Assembly: GCA_023205875.1 (NCBI GenBank)
Contig: CP060754.1
Span: 558,001 to 622,000, forward strand
Direction: 5' to 3'
DNA length: 64,000 nt
DNA from: Chloropicon primus
Lineage: Eukaryota
This document shows positions 19,977-30,700 of the stretch, piece after piece. The translations under genes and the position numbers were made by a program. Each line of letters opens with the position of its first letter. The first letter of the stretch is position 1. The notes beneath the pieces were generated by a model that made no database searches, had not been told where the DNA came from, and saw only the letters and a list, made by a program, of their open reading frames with translations.

Positions 19977-20085
19977 ATTTATTGTACAAACACGCAATCT
20001 TGCGCGTGTCCTTTGGTTTGTGCCTTTGCGTGCAAGGTAGCGCCGTAACCCCCAGCTGCTTCCCCGCCGCCCCGGCACCAACACG

Positions 20086-20776
20086 CTACTCCAGTCTCTC
20101 CAAAGATCGGAGCCTCTCCAGTATCACCTGTGGCCACCGGCACAGAGTTTTTTGGGTCAGTCCACAAGGGAACGTCCGGACAAGGAGGTCGAAAAGTCTG
20201 GCGCTTCCCTCCGTCCCTCCGACTCGGGAAGGGGTCTTGGGGGCGTCCTTCTTACCTTTTTGCTGCTCTCTTGAGGCTCTCCGCTGAGAATGAGCTCGTC
20301 CAAAATCACGAAAACCTTGTGGAAGTTGTACACCAAGTGGATCTCCTTGACGTAGTTGAAGTAGTGGTCGAGGACCTCCACGAACAAGTGGATCAGTTCC
20401 AGGTAGGCGAGCTCGTTCTCGTTCACATCGACGCAGAGCGTGAAGAAGAGCCCCGCGTACTTGCGATACACGAGCTTGTGCGTGCGAAACTGTCGGGCGA
20501 ACGGAAGCGCAAACAGTCCGAAGAGAGTCAATCAGCCGAAGGAAAAGGGCGTGGCCGTCAAGGCCAACTGCAGTGTAGGGTGGTGTGAGAGGGGATCATC
20601 TTGTCTTGGACACAACTCCTCACCTCCACTGTGTTGGCGAACTTGGTGCTCCTAGAAGACACGAGACGGTGGACCTCGTACTCGATCTTGTGCTTTTCCG
20701 AATCGTCGAGAGGCACGTAATACTTTGCTAGGCGAGTCTTTCCCAAGACGTTCTGTATGAATATGAATCGTATCAT
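20086..20776 (-). CDS. AP2S1: Clathrin adaptor AP-2 sigma subunit; introns 20490-20623 and 20128-20255
   Basis: [20 protein letters not shown]...[18 protein letters not shown]...[17 protein letters not shown]...SKK|VILERL. Confidence 0.9.
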
Positions 20777-20948
20777 GGTGACGCCACGCTGATGTTCGAA
20801 CGGACTCCACCCTCTCTCCCCCCCCGAACCCAATCACGCACTTCACTTCCTCTCTGCCCCCAGAAAGACACCGTCGCAAACCCTGAAATCGTCGTAAGGC
20901 TTTGGCTCGGGGGCGCGGACCAAGGAGGAGGAGGAGGATAGAGGAAGA

Positions 20949-21470
20949 ATGGTGTACCACTGCTCGATAAGCGTGGACGCGAGCACGAAGCTGGCCTGCG
21001 GGGCGGCCGTGCTTCCGTTGAAGACGCAGACGGCAGGGCCGGCGCCGCACGTGTTCGAGGGGCAGGACGTCGTGGACGAGGCCATCTACCTGTTTCGGTC
21101 GAACGTGCTGTTCCGGAAGTACGACGTGAAGGGTCCTGGGGACAGGACGCTGATCTACCTGACCCTCTACATCAACGCGTGCTTGAAGGCGACGGAGGAC
21201 GCGAAGACGAAGGACCAAGCGAAGAAGATCCTCGACGCGCTCGCGCAGGAGAACTTTAAGATACCCGGCGACGTGGGGTTCGCGCTTGGCGGGTTCATGG
21301 CCGCCCCGAAAACAGGGGCGGAGGGGGAGCTCTTCAGGGGATACATGAAGCAGTGCAGGGAGGAGGTCAGCATCAGGATCTTGGACTTTTGCTTCAAGAA
21401 GGACGGCACGCCAGACAAGTACTGGTACGCCTTCGCGAAGAAAACCTTCATGAACAAGAACTTAAGTTAA
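20949..21470 (+). CDS. ARPC3: Arp2/3 complex subunit 3 (p21-Arc)
   Basis: MVYHCS, DVVDEAIYLFRSNVLFRKYDVKGPGDRTLIYLTLYI, IPGDVGF and FAKKTFMNK. Confidence 0.95.
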   Translation: MVYHCSISVDASTKLACGAAVLPLKTQTAGPAPHVFEGQDVVDEAIYLFRSNVLFRKYDVKGPGDRTLIYLTLYINACLKATEDAKTKDQAKKILDALAQENFKIPGDVGFALGGFMAAPKTGAEGELFRGYMKQCREEVSIRILDFCFKKDGTPDKYWYAFAKKTFMNKNLS

Positions 21471-21526
21471 AGCTTATATTATTGCAGACAGAAGACAACC
21501 CCAAACGCATTGTGCGAAAGTGGCGC

Positions 21527-22447
21527 TCATTGCTGCCCAGCCAACCAGTCGATGACCACCCGCATGAACTTCTTCGGCCGCTCTATGTAGAGCCAGTGAG
21601 AGCAGTCCTCAAAAACTTCCAGCTTGTGTGGGCAGCGAGAACCCAGGAGCTCGTTGATCGCGGCAACGCCTTGGACGGGAAAGACGCCGCTCTTGCCCCC
21701 CGCGAGATTCAGAACCGGTATGCTGTACTTCTCCTTCAGGACTCCTCGCCAGTCCAGAGCCGTGTGGTCCGCCATGAGCTCGCCCAAAAAGTTGGGGTCA
21801 CACTTCAAGGTTTCCTTGGTGATCGTTTCGATGAGCTCCTTTTCCATCTTCTGGGGATCGACCAAGCAGCAGTCCGCGTTCCCTGCGGCGAACCCCGCCA
21901 TGTCCTCCTTCAAAGCTTTCCGCAAGCCCGCCAAGTCCTCGGGGGTTCTCAAACCTTTGCTCCCATCCCGCCAGTCGTCGCGCTCGTACTGTAACGGGGC
22001 CTGATCGATGAAAACGGCCGAGGCTATGCCCTCATTCTGGAACTGCTCGCAGTAAGACCACAGGATGGCCGCCCCCATCGAAGACCCCAGGCAGCACAAG
22101 CGGGCGCGACGGTCGGAGGTCACTTTGGTGATGAAGTCTTTGAGGTCCTGCGCAAGCCTCGCCACCGTGCACCTCTCCTTGTACAAGGACCTCCCATGCC
22201 CCCTGATGTCGAGGACGTACACTCTCCCCACTCCGGAGCGTCGCAAGAGCTCCCCGTCCTCCAAAAAAGCACAAACCGCTGGCGAATAGTACCGCGAAGA
22301 GCCCGACCACCCGTGCAGAAACACGAGGTCCCTCGACGTGCTGGTCTCTTCCAGATTCCCAGGCACCTCGTACGCATCAAAATAAAGCTGGACCCCGTCG
22401 CTCGCCTCGTAGCTGCAATCCCCACACTTTCGATACTCCTCTCTCAT
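21527..22447 (-). CDS. Alpha/beta hydrolase (non-heme haloperoxidase/esterase-like)
   Basis: FLHGWSG, DIRGHGRS, nucleophile elbow GSSMG, and catalytic His in CSHWLYIERP. Confidence 0.88.
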   Translation of the reverse strand: MREEYRKCGDCSYEASDGVQLYFDAYEVPGNLEETSTSRDLVFLHGWSGSSRYYSPAVCAFLEDGELLRRSGVGRVYVLDIRGHGRSLYKERCTVARLAQDLKDFITKVTSDRRARLCCLGSSMGAAILWSYCEQFQNEGIASAVFIDQAPLQYERDDWRDGSKGLRTPEDLAGLRKALKEDMAGFAAGNADCCLVDPQKMEKELIETITKETLKCDPNFLGELMADHTALDWRGVLKEKYSIPVLNLAGGKSGVFPVQGVAAINELLGSRCPHKLEVFEDCSHWLYIERPKKFMRVVIDWLAGQQ

Positions 22448-22630
22448 CCTCGTCCCTCAGTCCCTCAAGTCCCTCAAGTCCCTCAAGTCGCGCGCTCGTC
22501 GCCCGTTTTTTCCGTCTGCCGTCCCGTCCCTTTGGCCTTCTTCCCCCCACAACCCCCACAACCCAGAAAGCGAAGGCCTGACGGCGAGCAGTGCAGTGCT
22601 CCGTATTGTCTGTGTTTTGGTGTCAGTGTT

Positions 22631-23149
22631 ATGGGGAAGGGGGTGAAGTTCGCTGTGGGGGACAATGACTCGTCCAAGAGCCTGGACAAGTTCAAGCCCC
22701 CGGAGGGCTTTGTGAGGGTGAAGCCCAAGGCGTTGGACGGCGAGCTGAACCTGAATCTGAATTCTGGACACGGGGACAAGGAGCTGGTGGTGATCCAGGT
22801 GCCCGACAAGGACGTGGACCTGCTGCGGATAAACGGCAAGGTGCTGGAGCTGGAGAGCGCGAGCGTGGGGGGGCTCAGGGGGACCCTTGACGTGGGTGCA
22901 GGGGAGGAGTACGCGATACGCCAGGAGGACGAGGTGTACGCCAGCCAGTTCCACGCCCTGATGCCTGCGGGGGACAAGTACCTCAAGGTGGAGCCCGCCA
23001 AGCACATGCTGGTCCTGACGCGGGCGTTGAGGAAGCCAGCCGGAGCGTCCGCGCCGTCGAAGGGGGTCGTGAAGACCGAGGGCAAGGCGAAGAAGGAGGG
23101 GAAGAGCGGCACCAAAAAGAAGTCCAAGAAGAAGAAGCGGGACAAGTGA
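22631..23149 (+). CDS. RNA polymerase I subunit A34.5 (RPA34/PAF49)-like protein
   Basis: FKPPEGF and KELVVIQVPDKDVDL resemble the A34.5 fold; Lys-rich C-terminal tail. Confidence 0.6.
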   Translation: MGKGVKFAVGDNDSSKSLDKFKPPEGFVRVKPKALDGELNLNLNSGHGDKELVVIQVPDKDVDLLRINGKVLELESASVGGLRGTLDVGAGEEYAIRQEDEVYASQFHALMPAGDKYLKVEPAKHMLVLTRALRKPAGASAPSKGVVKTEGKAKKEGKSGTKKKSKKKKRDK

Positions 23150-23227
23150 ACCACGAAGGAAGGGAGGAACAACGAATGCAAACAGTGTACAAATATATAC
23201 ATAATGATTCAAAACAATTTCATAGCA

Positions 23228-25267
23228 TTACAGCGTATCCACCAAAGTCGCGAACGCTGGCCTGATCACCCCGGGATTCCCTTTGCCGCTCTTGCACAGC
23301 AGCATGACCAGCACCCCCTTCCGACCCTTCCTGAACGACGTCCTCAGGTTCTGTTGCTCGCTGATCGATTCCCTCAGGCCCTCGGCGTGGCAAAAGGCCT
23401 CGGCGGCGAGGGTGAACCCCTTGCACTTCTTGGGCAGGACACCCAGAGTCACGCGACCCAGAAGGGGCCGGTCCTCCCCCAAGTCGTACTCCGCGCTTCC
23501 TCTGCGGGAAGACGACTGCTCGTCGCGGTAGGCCTCGATGTCCTTGGAGGTTGCCCTGTATATTCTCGAACCAGTTTCCATCGTGCCTTTCCTCGCGGGA
23601 AGCAGGAGAGCTCGGACGAAGCAGCGAGGGTCGTGCACTCTTGCGAGCTCGTCCCTCGCTGGATCCGTTCCAACCGGCCTTACCACGAACATCCCTTCCC
23701 CGCCCACCCCCTGGCCGCGCGAGGCCTCCCGTGAGATGGCCTCCCAGCTCACCTGCTCGCTTTGGTCGGCGTCCCTTAGCCTCGCGTTCGTCGCGTAATC
23801 CACGGAGTGCGACTTGTCAAGCCCCAGATCTGGATAGCTGTCGGGGAAAACGCAGCGCTCACATATCTGCGTGTACCATTTCCACTCCCGCAGCCCAACT
23901 CCTACCGCATTGGAGCGCACGAGAGACATCCAGAGAGCATGCGTCCAGCGCCTCGGAAGGAGAAACGAAAACCCCCCGGTGGCCTCCTTGCTCGTGCTCT
24001 TGTCGATCAGAACGACAGGGAAGCTCGTACCCACATTGCGCTCCGCCGCGGCGGCCGTCTCCGAGAGAGCCACGTGGACGTCGTGCATCAAGTTTGCTTT
24101 CCTGTGGAGCCTCCCCACGGCCTCCTCGTCCATCGGCTTCCGCTCAAACCTTTCGAGCTGAACTTTCCCCTCGTCCACGCGGAGTGTGTTGGCGAGACTC
24201 TCCATCCTGGACTTGAGGTGCTCCGGATGAGAAAACTTGTCCCCCTTCGTGAGAACCGCGCGAAGCCGAGGATCGAGGAGGTTCAAGCTTTCTGACTTGC
24301 CCCACCCGGACCGCTTCGGCAGGCAGGGATCCGCTTCGAGCAGCGAGTTCATCTTCTCGCGGGGCACGCCCAAGGACTCCTCGACGACTTTTCTGCTCTG
24401 GGAGCCCCTCACCTCAACCCTCTTGATGCGGCTCTCCAGGCACTCCATGCTCACCGTCCCTTTGCATTCGGGACCCGTGCACGCTCGTACCGCCTTCTCG
24501 AGCTCTGACTTGACTTGGTCGTACGTGTGGCAGTGCACCCACAGCAGGGGGGAGTACAGATCCTCCCCCTCCCTCGTGCTGCAAAACCAGGTGATCAGCA
24601 GGGGAGATAGCGCTCTTCCACCAGGCTTGCCACCCTCCGGAGCGCCGTGGAACGTCGTCTCCTGCTCGAAGGGCTTCGGCCCCTTCGCGAGGTCAGCGCC
24701 CGACGGTAGGACGCCTTCGCTGCACGACGCCCCGAGCACCCTGAGCAAGCAATCCCTCGTTCCCGTCAACCGAAAGGACCAAAAGTAAGAAAGGTCGTGG
24801 ACACAGACCCCGTCCGACAGCGTCTTGCAGAAGCTCGAAATCCCCAGTCCTTTGCCCCTGGCACCCTGCGGAAGGTGGTGTCCCCACAGATTGATCATCT
24901 TCTGGCGCTTGGCGTACCACTTGTGGGTCTCGAGGTAGCTCACCGTGTCGCTCACCCGGACGGAGTTTCTGATGTCCTGGAGCTTCCTCCTCCTCCTCGC
25001 CTCGCGACACAGCGGGATCGTGGCATCGCCAGGCGCGTCGCCCCCCGAAGAAGCCGCGCAAGTCCGTCGCATCTTCGCCCTCCTCTCGTTCGGGCGCCTC
25101 CTGTGCCGCTTTCCCATGTGGCTCGTCGTTCGCCTCTGGCCCGACCGACTGAGCGCATCGTGGCCGAACTTGAAGCCCTCAGTCCCCACCCCACCCCCCA
25201 AAGCTTCGCACAGGGACACCACCTCATTCGACCGCGACTCCCCGAACTCCAGCACGTCCACCTTCAT
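23228..25267 (-). CDS. POP1: RNase P/MRP protein subunit POP1
   Basis: RRTTSH, LETHKWYAKRQKMINLWG and VHDLSY; POPLD-like PRRWTHALW..GLREW..FPDSYPD. Confidence 0.9.
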   Translation of the reverse strand: MKVDVLEFGESRSNEVVSLCEALGGGVGTEGFKFGHDALSRSGQRRTTSHMGKRHRRRPNERRAKMRRTCAASSGGDAPGDATIPLCREARRRRKLQDIRNSVRVSDTVSYLETHKWYAKRQKMINLWGHHLPQGARGKGLGISSFCKTLSDGVCVHDLSYFWSFRLTGTRDCLLRVLGASCSEGVLPSGADLAKGPKPFEQETTFHGAPEGGKPGGRALSPLLITWFCSTREGEDLYSPLLWVHCHTYDQVKSELEKAVRACTGPECKGTVSMECLESRIKRVEVRGSQSRKVVEESLGVPREKMNSLLEADPCLPKRSGWGKSESLNLLDPRLRAVLTKGDKFSHPEHLKSRMESLANTLRVDEGKVQLERFERKPMDEEAVGRLHRKANLMHDVHVALSETAAAAERNVGTSFPVVLIDKSTSKEATGGFSFLLPRRWTHALWMSLVRSNAVGVGLREWKWYTQICERCVFPDSYPDLGLDKSHSVDYATNARLRDADQSEQVSWEAISREASRGQGVGGEGMFVVRPVGTDPARDELARVHDPRCFVRALLLPARKGTMETGSRIYRATSKDIEAYRDEQSSSRRGSAEYDLGEDRPLLGRVTLGVLPKKCKGFTLAAEAFCHAEGLRESISEQQNLRTSFRKGRKGVLVMLLCKSGKGNPGVIRPAFATLVDTL

Positions 25268-25556
25268 CACACGCCCCAAAACTCAACTCTCTCTCTCTCC
25301 CTCTCGATCTGGCTGCACACACCCACACCCTTCGATCTGTTGCCCCGGCCCGTCTTCGTGGAGCGAGAGACGCACCAGCAGAAACAATTTGGGTTTGAAT
25401 CTCCGTTATCTCGGGCCCCGCAATTGACCCTCCCCTCCACTTCACGCACGCACACCAACCAACCCACCAAACCAGCACCAAGAGAGTCGTCCTTCCGCCC
25501 CGCCTGGCTGATTGAAGGGGAGGAAAAAGCGAAGCGAAGGGAGGGGAACGATAACG

Positions 25557-27035
25557 ATGAGCAGGACGCCGCTGGCCTCGGGGGTGGCGGAGAGGGGGAT
25601 GCGGAGGGAGATCCCATTCCACATGCCTGGGCACCAGAGGGGGAGAATCGTGCACCCCGTTATGAGGGAGTTGGCCAAGGATGTCTTGAGGTTTGACACG
25701 ACGGAGGTGAAGGGCCTCGACTACCTGTCGACCCCGAGCGGAATCATCCAGGAGGCCCAGAGCCTGGCGAGCGAGGCCTTTGGGGCGGACAGGAGCTGGT
25801 TCCTCGTGAACGGGACGACTGTGGGGATACACGCGGCTGTGATGTCCGTGGTGCGGGGAGAGGGGGACTCCATCGTGTTGTCGAGGGATTGCCACCAGAG
25901 CGCCTTCTCGGCTTTGGTCCTGTCCGGTGCGGTGCCGGTGTGGGCCAAGCCGGACTACAACGAGGGCTTTGGGTTCGCGACCGCTTCCGCTGGAGGTGTG
26001 AGGGAGGCCCTTGAGGGCTGCGATGAGCCGCCCGCGGGGGTTCTCCTGGTCTCTCCGAACTACTATGGCGTGTGCGCGGATGTCTCCGAGGTTGCCAGGG
26101 CCTGCCACCACGGGCAGCAAGTTCCCCTGCTCGTGGACGAGGCTCACGGCTCGCACTTTGCGTTCCACGAGAGGTTCCCACCGTCCTCACTGGAATCTGG
26201 CGCTGACTTGGTCGTGCAGTCGACCCACAAGACCCTTGGCGCGATGACCCAGGCGTCCATGCTGCACGTCAAGGGCGAGAGAGTGAGCAGCGACAGCATT
26301 TGCACGTCGCTGCAGGTCCTTCAGTCTTCCAGCCCGAGCTACATCCTCATGTCATCCTTGGACGCTGCGAGAGCCCAGGCCTCAATGGCCTCGGACTACT
26401 GCGACGGCGAGCCAGGCTCAGAGCAAAAGTTCTCGCGAGTCGTGGAGGACAGCTTGGGGGCGAAGGAGGAAATCAATCGCATCCCGGGGCTCCAGGTCTT
26501 GGGCGGAAGGGGCGTGGATCCCTTGCGCCTCACAGTGTGCGTAGCGCAGCTCGGGCACAACGGGTTCGACGTCTCCTCGATCTTGGAGGAGCGGCACGGC
26601 ATCGTCCCCGAGCTGGCAAATGAGAAGTGCGTCGTATTCATCCTCACCCTCAGCACCACCCTGCAGGATTTGGAGCAGCTCACTCGTGCCCTGCGAGACG
26701 TCGCGTCCAGCAGTCGCAGGGCGCAATCGGGCCGCGACGCGTGTTCAAGCGAAGATTCGTCTGGGTTGGCCTCGGTCTTCGACAGCCCGCAGGTCCTATC
26801 TCCGAGGGAAGCCTTCTTCTCCAACCAGAGGCGGGTTGACATAGGGAACGCGGTCGGGCAAATATCAGCGGAAACGGTTTGCCCTTACCCTCCGGGAATT
26901 CCAATCTTGTGTCCGGGAGAACGAATAACACGTGATGCACTGGAGTTCTTGCAAACTTTCAAGAGCAGCGGGGGGTATGTTACCGGGTGCAGCGACGCCA
27001 CCTTGTCATCGATTCTGATTGTTGTGAACCGGTAA
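25557..27035 (+). CDS. Orn/Lys/Arg decarboxylase (bacterial-type, fold-type I PLP enzyme)
   Basis: FHMPGH, FLVNGTT, LVDEAHG, PLP-lysine QSTHKT, SSSPSY and PYPPGIP. Confidence 0.92.
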   Translation: MSRTPLASGVAERGMRREIPFHMPGHQRGRIVHPVMRELAKDVLRFDTTEVKGLDYLSTPSGIIQEAQSLASEAFGADRSWFLVNGTTVGIHAAVMSVVRGEGDSIVLSRDCHQSAFSALVLSGAVPVWAKPDYNEGFGFATASAGGVREALEGCDEPPAGVLLVSPNYYGVCADVSEVARACHHGQQVPLLVDEAHGSHFAFHERFPPSSLESGADLVVQSTHKTLGAMTQASMLHVKGERVSSDSICTSLQVLQSSSPSYILMSSLDAARAQASMASDYCDGEPGSEQKFSRVVEDSLGAKEEINRIPGLQVLGGRGVDPLRLTVCVAQLGHNGFDVSSILEERHGIVPELANEKCVVFILTLSTTLQDLEQLTRALRDVASSSRRAQSGRDACSSEDSSGLASVFDSPQVLSPREAFFSNQRRVDIGNAVGQISAETVCPYPPGIPILCPGERITRDALEFLQTFKSSGGYVTGCSDATLSSILIVVNR

Positions 27036-27712
27036 AGGGTCGCGATGTAACTTGATTTTTTAAATCTGCTCTCTCCCTCCCTTCCTTTGGAGCGGGAGTG
27101 TCTTCAGGCCCAGGGGCCCCGCACCCACCCGAGGCGGGTCTCTCGTAACGGGTGGTGGTCTTGCCTTGTTCCTCCTCTCCTGCTGCCGGAAGGTCCGTCG
27201 CGTCGGAAATGTCTGTGTCCCTCTCTTTCAGGTCAAGGATCCCCCGAGACCGCGTTTTGCTCTCTCAAGTGCTTTTTCCTTCTTACTCGTTGACCCAACG
27301 GCCATCTTCTCCAGGAGAGGAGAGGAGAGGAGTTTTCCTTTTCTCTTTCTCTTTCTCTTTCTCTTTCTCTTAATCCTTTCCGAAGGAGAAATCGTAAAAC
27401 CCAAAGATTTCAAAAAAACGACGAAACCACTGGCACTGGGGGGAGGGGAGGGGGGAGAGAGACTGACCACCAGTGTGCGCCTTGAGAGGGGGGAGAGAGC
27501 AATGGAAGTCCGCGAGCCAAAGGACTGAGGGACGACGAGACCAGAAGTAAAGGGAACCCCCTCGAGAGTGGCGGTTGAAGAAAGTCTGTGCGTGCGTGGG
27601 GGGGTCGGAGAGCACCGCGCGCGTAACGTTGGTTTCGGTGACCTTCCTTGAGGGGAATTGAAGCGAGCCTCGGGTTCGGGAGGTTGAGCCTGCAGGGCAC
27701 GGGAGCTTCAAG

Positions 27713-30700
27713 ATGAGCTTCAAGAATGCGGCGGGGAAGGCTGCTGCCGAGAGAGCCATCAAGTCCTCGATCAAGGACACCTTCAGGGCCGTGAAGAAAC
27801 CTCCGAAGCAGCTCTACGAGGAGCTCTTGAAGCAGAACGACACCAAGTTCTCGCCGGAAGAGCTCGAGAGACTCTTCACGGCCTTCTCAATCCTGTCCAA
27901 GGACAGGCTTCAGAGGTCGCAGTTCACGGACCTGGTCACTCAAGAAATTGGTTGGTCGAGCGCCCTCCTGCGGGACCAGCTCTTCAAGGCCTTCGACCGA
28001 CACGGCGATGGAGAGCTCGATTTTGTTGACTTTTGCAGGGGATACTCGACTTTCTTGCGGGGTTCCGTCCTGGACTTGGTTGAGTTCGCGTGGAACCTTT
28101 ACCGCATCGGCGAGTCGGACACCCTGTCGGTGGAGGACATCACCAAGGTGCTGGAGCACGCGGTTGGATGCCTCGAGGAGGTCAGGCTGAAGCACGGTTC
28201 CCACATCGGGACCGTGGTGGACACAAGGTTTCCAGAAAAGACAGCTAGCGCGCTGGTCGAGAAGTGCATAGAGAAGAACACGGGGTACCTTAGCAAGCTG
28301 GAGTTCAAGCGCCTGATTCTCAGGGAGAGAGCTTTCATCGACTCCCTGATCCCTGCGTTTCAGTTTGTTCAGGTTGACCCGCTGCACCACGCAGCGGAGA
28401 TCGGGGACGCAGACGAGTGCAGCCACCTCATCAAGGTGGACGCCTTCGACCCAGACGGGAAGGACGCGTCCTTGTTCCCCGTCACGCCTTTGCACCTGGC
28501 GGCCCAGTACGGGCACATCAAGGTGTGCGAGGTCCTCATGGAGCTTGGTGCGAACCCAAGGCTTCACGACGGGGATGGAAACTGCCCTCTTCACCTCGCG
28601 GTGATCCACGACAGGCCAGATGTCGTGGACTTGTACATTGACAGAAAGCTCGAGCTCCAAGTTCCGACGTCCGAGAATCAGACCGCGTTTCACCTCTGCG
28701 CCATGTACCCACATAGCAGGGCGATGGCGACTCTGATCTCAAAGCTGAAGATCAACCTCGACACTTTCAGGGACGACCTTGGCAACTCGCCAGTCCACTC
28801 CGCTGCCGTGTCCAACAATTGGAAGATGCTGCAGCTGGCCTTGGACAACAACAAACTGGGAACCAGTGGCATCAACGCCCAGAACGAGCTCGGGGAGACT
28901 CCCTTCCTCATGGCTTGCCTTCACGGCTCCTCACAGACAGCGATGATGCTCCTGAAGCTCGGTGCGGACCCCACGCTGGCGAACAACCTCGGGAAGAACG
29001 CCCTCCATGTCGCCGTGGAGAGGAAGGGGAACGAGGAGGTCCTTGCGCTGTTGCTTAAAGATGGCAGGTGCCAAATCAACACGGCGGACAGCACTGGGTG
29101 CACTGCCCTGAATCTCTGTGTGAAGACGACTGACTTGAAGATGTTCAAAATCCTGATCGATGCTGGGGCATCAATCAATACGACGGAAATCGGCACGGGG
29201 TACACGCCCCTCCACAACGCCGTGCTTGCTGACTGGCTTCACGGTGTGGAGGTCCTCCTGTCGCAGCCTGACTGCAAGCTGCTGAAAGACGTGAAGGGGA
29301 GGTCTCCGCTGGATTATGCGAGGCACAGCAGAATTGCAGAGGTGCTGAGGGACTACATTGTGAGGTTGCACCCAAAGTACTCCCCCGATTACCCCGTTGA
29401 GTTCTTGTACGCCTTGATATTCTACGACGGCAACTGGGTGCTTCAGAACGACGGAGACTTGAGAAACAAGAGAGTTTTCAGCGGGACCACGGTGTCGAAA
29501 AGAATTTCTGATGGCAGGGCGAAGCATGGCTTGGTCGACAAGAAGTCTTTGAAGGCCAAGCTGCTTTCTGTGGGCCTCATCTTGTTGGAAGAGCTTGTTT
29601 ACAAGCAAGAGTACGTCGGCGGACTGGTGAAAGGGAACGTGAAGCAATTCACAGTAGTCAGGGTCGGGGCACCGCTTTACCGACTTCAGCAGCAAGCCAT
29701 GAAGATCAGGCATCCTTGCAAAAGGACTGACGTGAACATGGTTGAGGACTTTTTCGTGGACGATCTGTCCTATCCCAAGACCGGCTTCCACGATTTCACT
29801 CAAGCCGAGAAAGTCAAGCTGATTCTGAGTATCATTCAGGGCGTTCCGAACAGCCAGGAATACTCGCACGTGAAGGGCGCGACCATCGACCACGATGTGC
29901 CCGACAACTGCGGGGTATCTCTCCCTCTCTACCGGGACTTCAAGGTGATCCACGATTTCCAGCTGATGCACAACGAGAGGAGCATTTTGAACGTCATGAA
30001 GTACTGGAAGGTCTCCAAAGCATTCTCGTTCGGCTACGTCATCAGGCATCTGGCAGAGTTCATCCACGAGTCAAAGGACAACAAATTCCAGGGCTTGCAG
30101 GCTCTTCTCGAGTACTTTGGACACAAGATAGCCTTCTACTTTGGATTCTTCTCCTTTTACAACAGTTGGCTCGTGGCTCCTGCCGTTGTGGGCATAGCAG
30201 TGTTCGGCATGCAGTTCATTCCGTCTGAGTATGACTCCATGATCGACACCAGCAACGAGGTGGAGCAGGAATTCGATGACCAGTACGATCACCCACTGAT
30301 GTTTGCTTACGCCTTTTTCATCATCCTTTGGGCTCCAATCTTTTTGTGCAAGTGGGGAAGGAAGCAAGACGAGCTGTCTCACTTGTGGCATGTCGACAAG
30401 AAGGACAAGCCTGACCAGACCCCGAACCCCTACGCGAACACCCTGCCTCGACTAGTGTTCGCCGACGGGACTTGGCAGTACAGGAGCAACCCAACGAAGT
30501 CTCAAAAGAAATTCCGGTTCTATCACTTGATCGGCAGAACGATTCCCGCGTTTTTGCTTGCGTTTGGGGCAGTCTTCGGTTACCTTTATGGACTGACTTA
30601 CTTGGACGAGTTTTTGGACGAGGAGGAAAGCTTGCACACGAAGTTCAACACCCCCTTCCAGAAGAGAAACTGGTACGGGACCTTTGCGTACATGGGGTTG

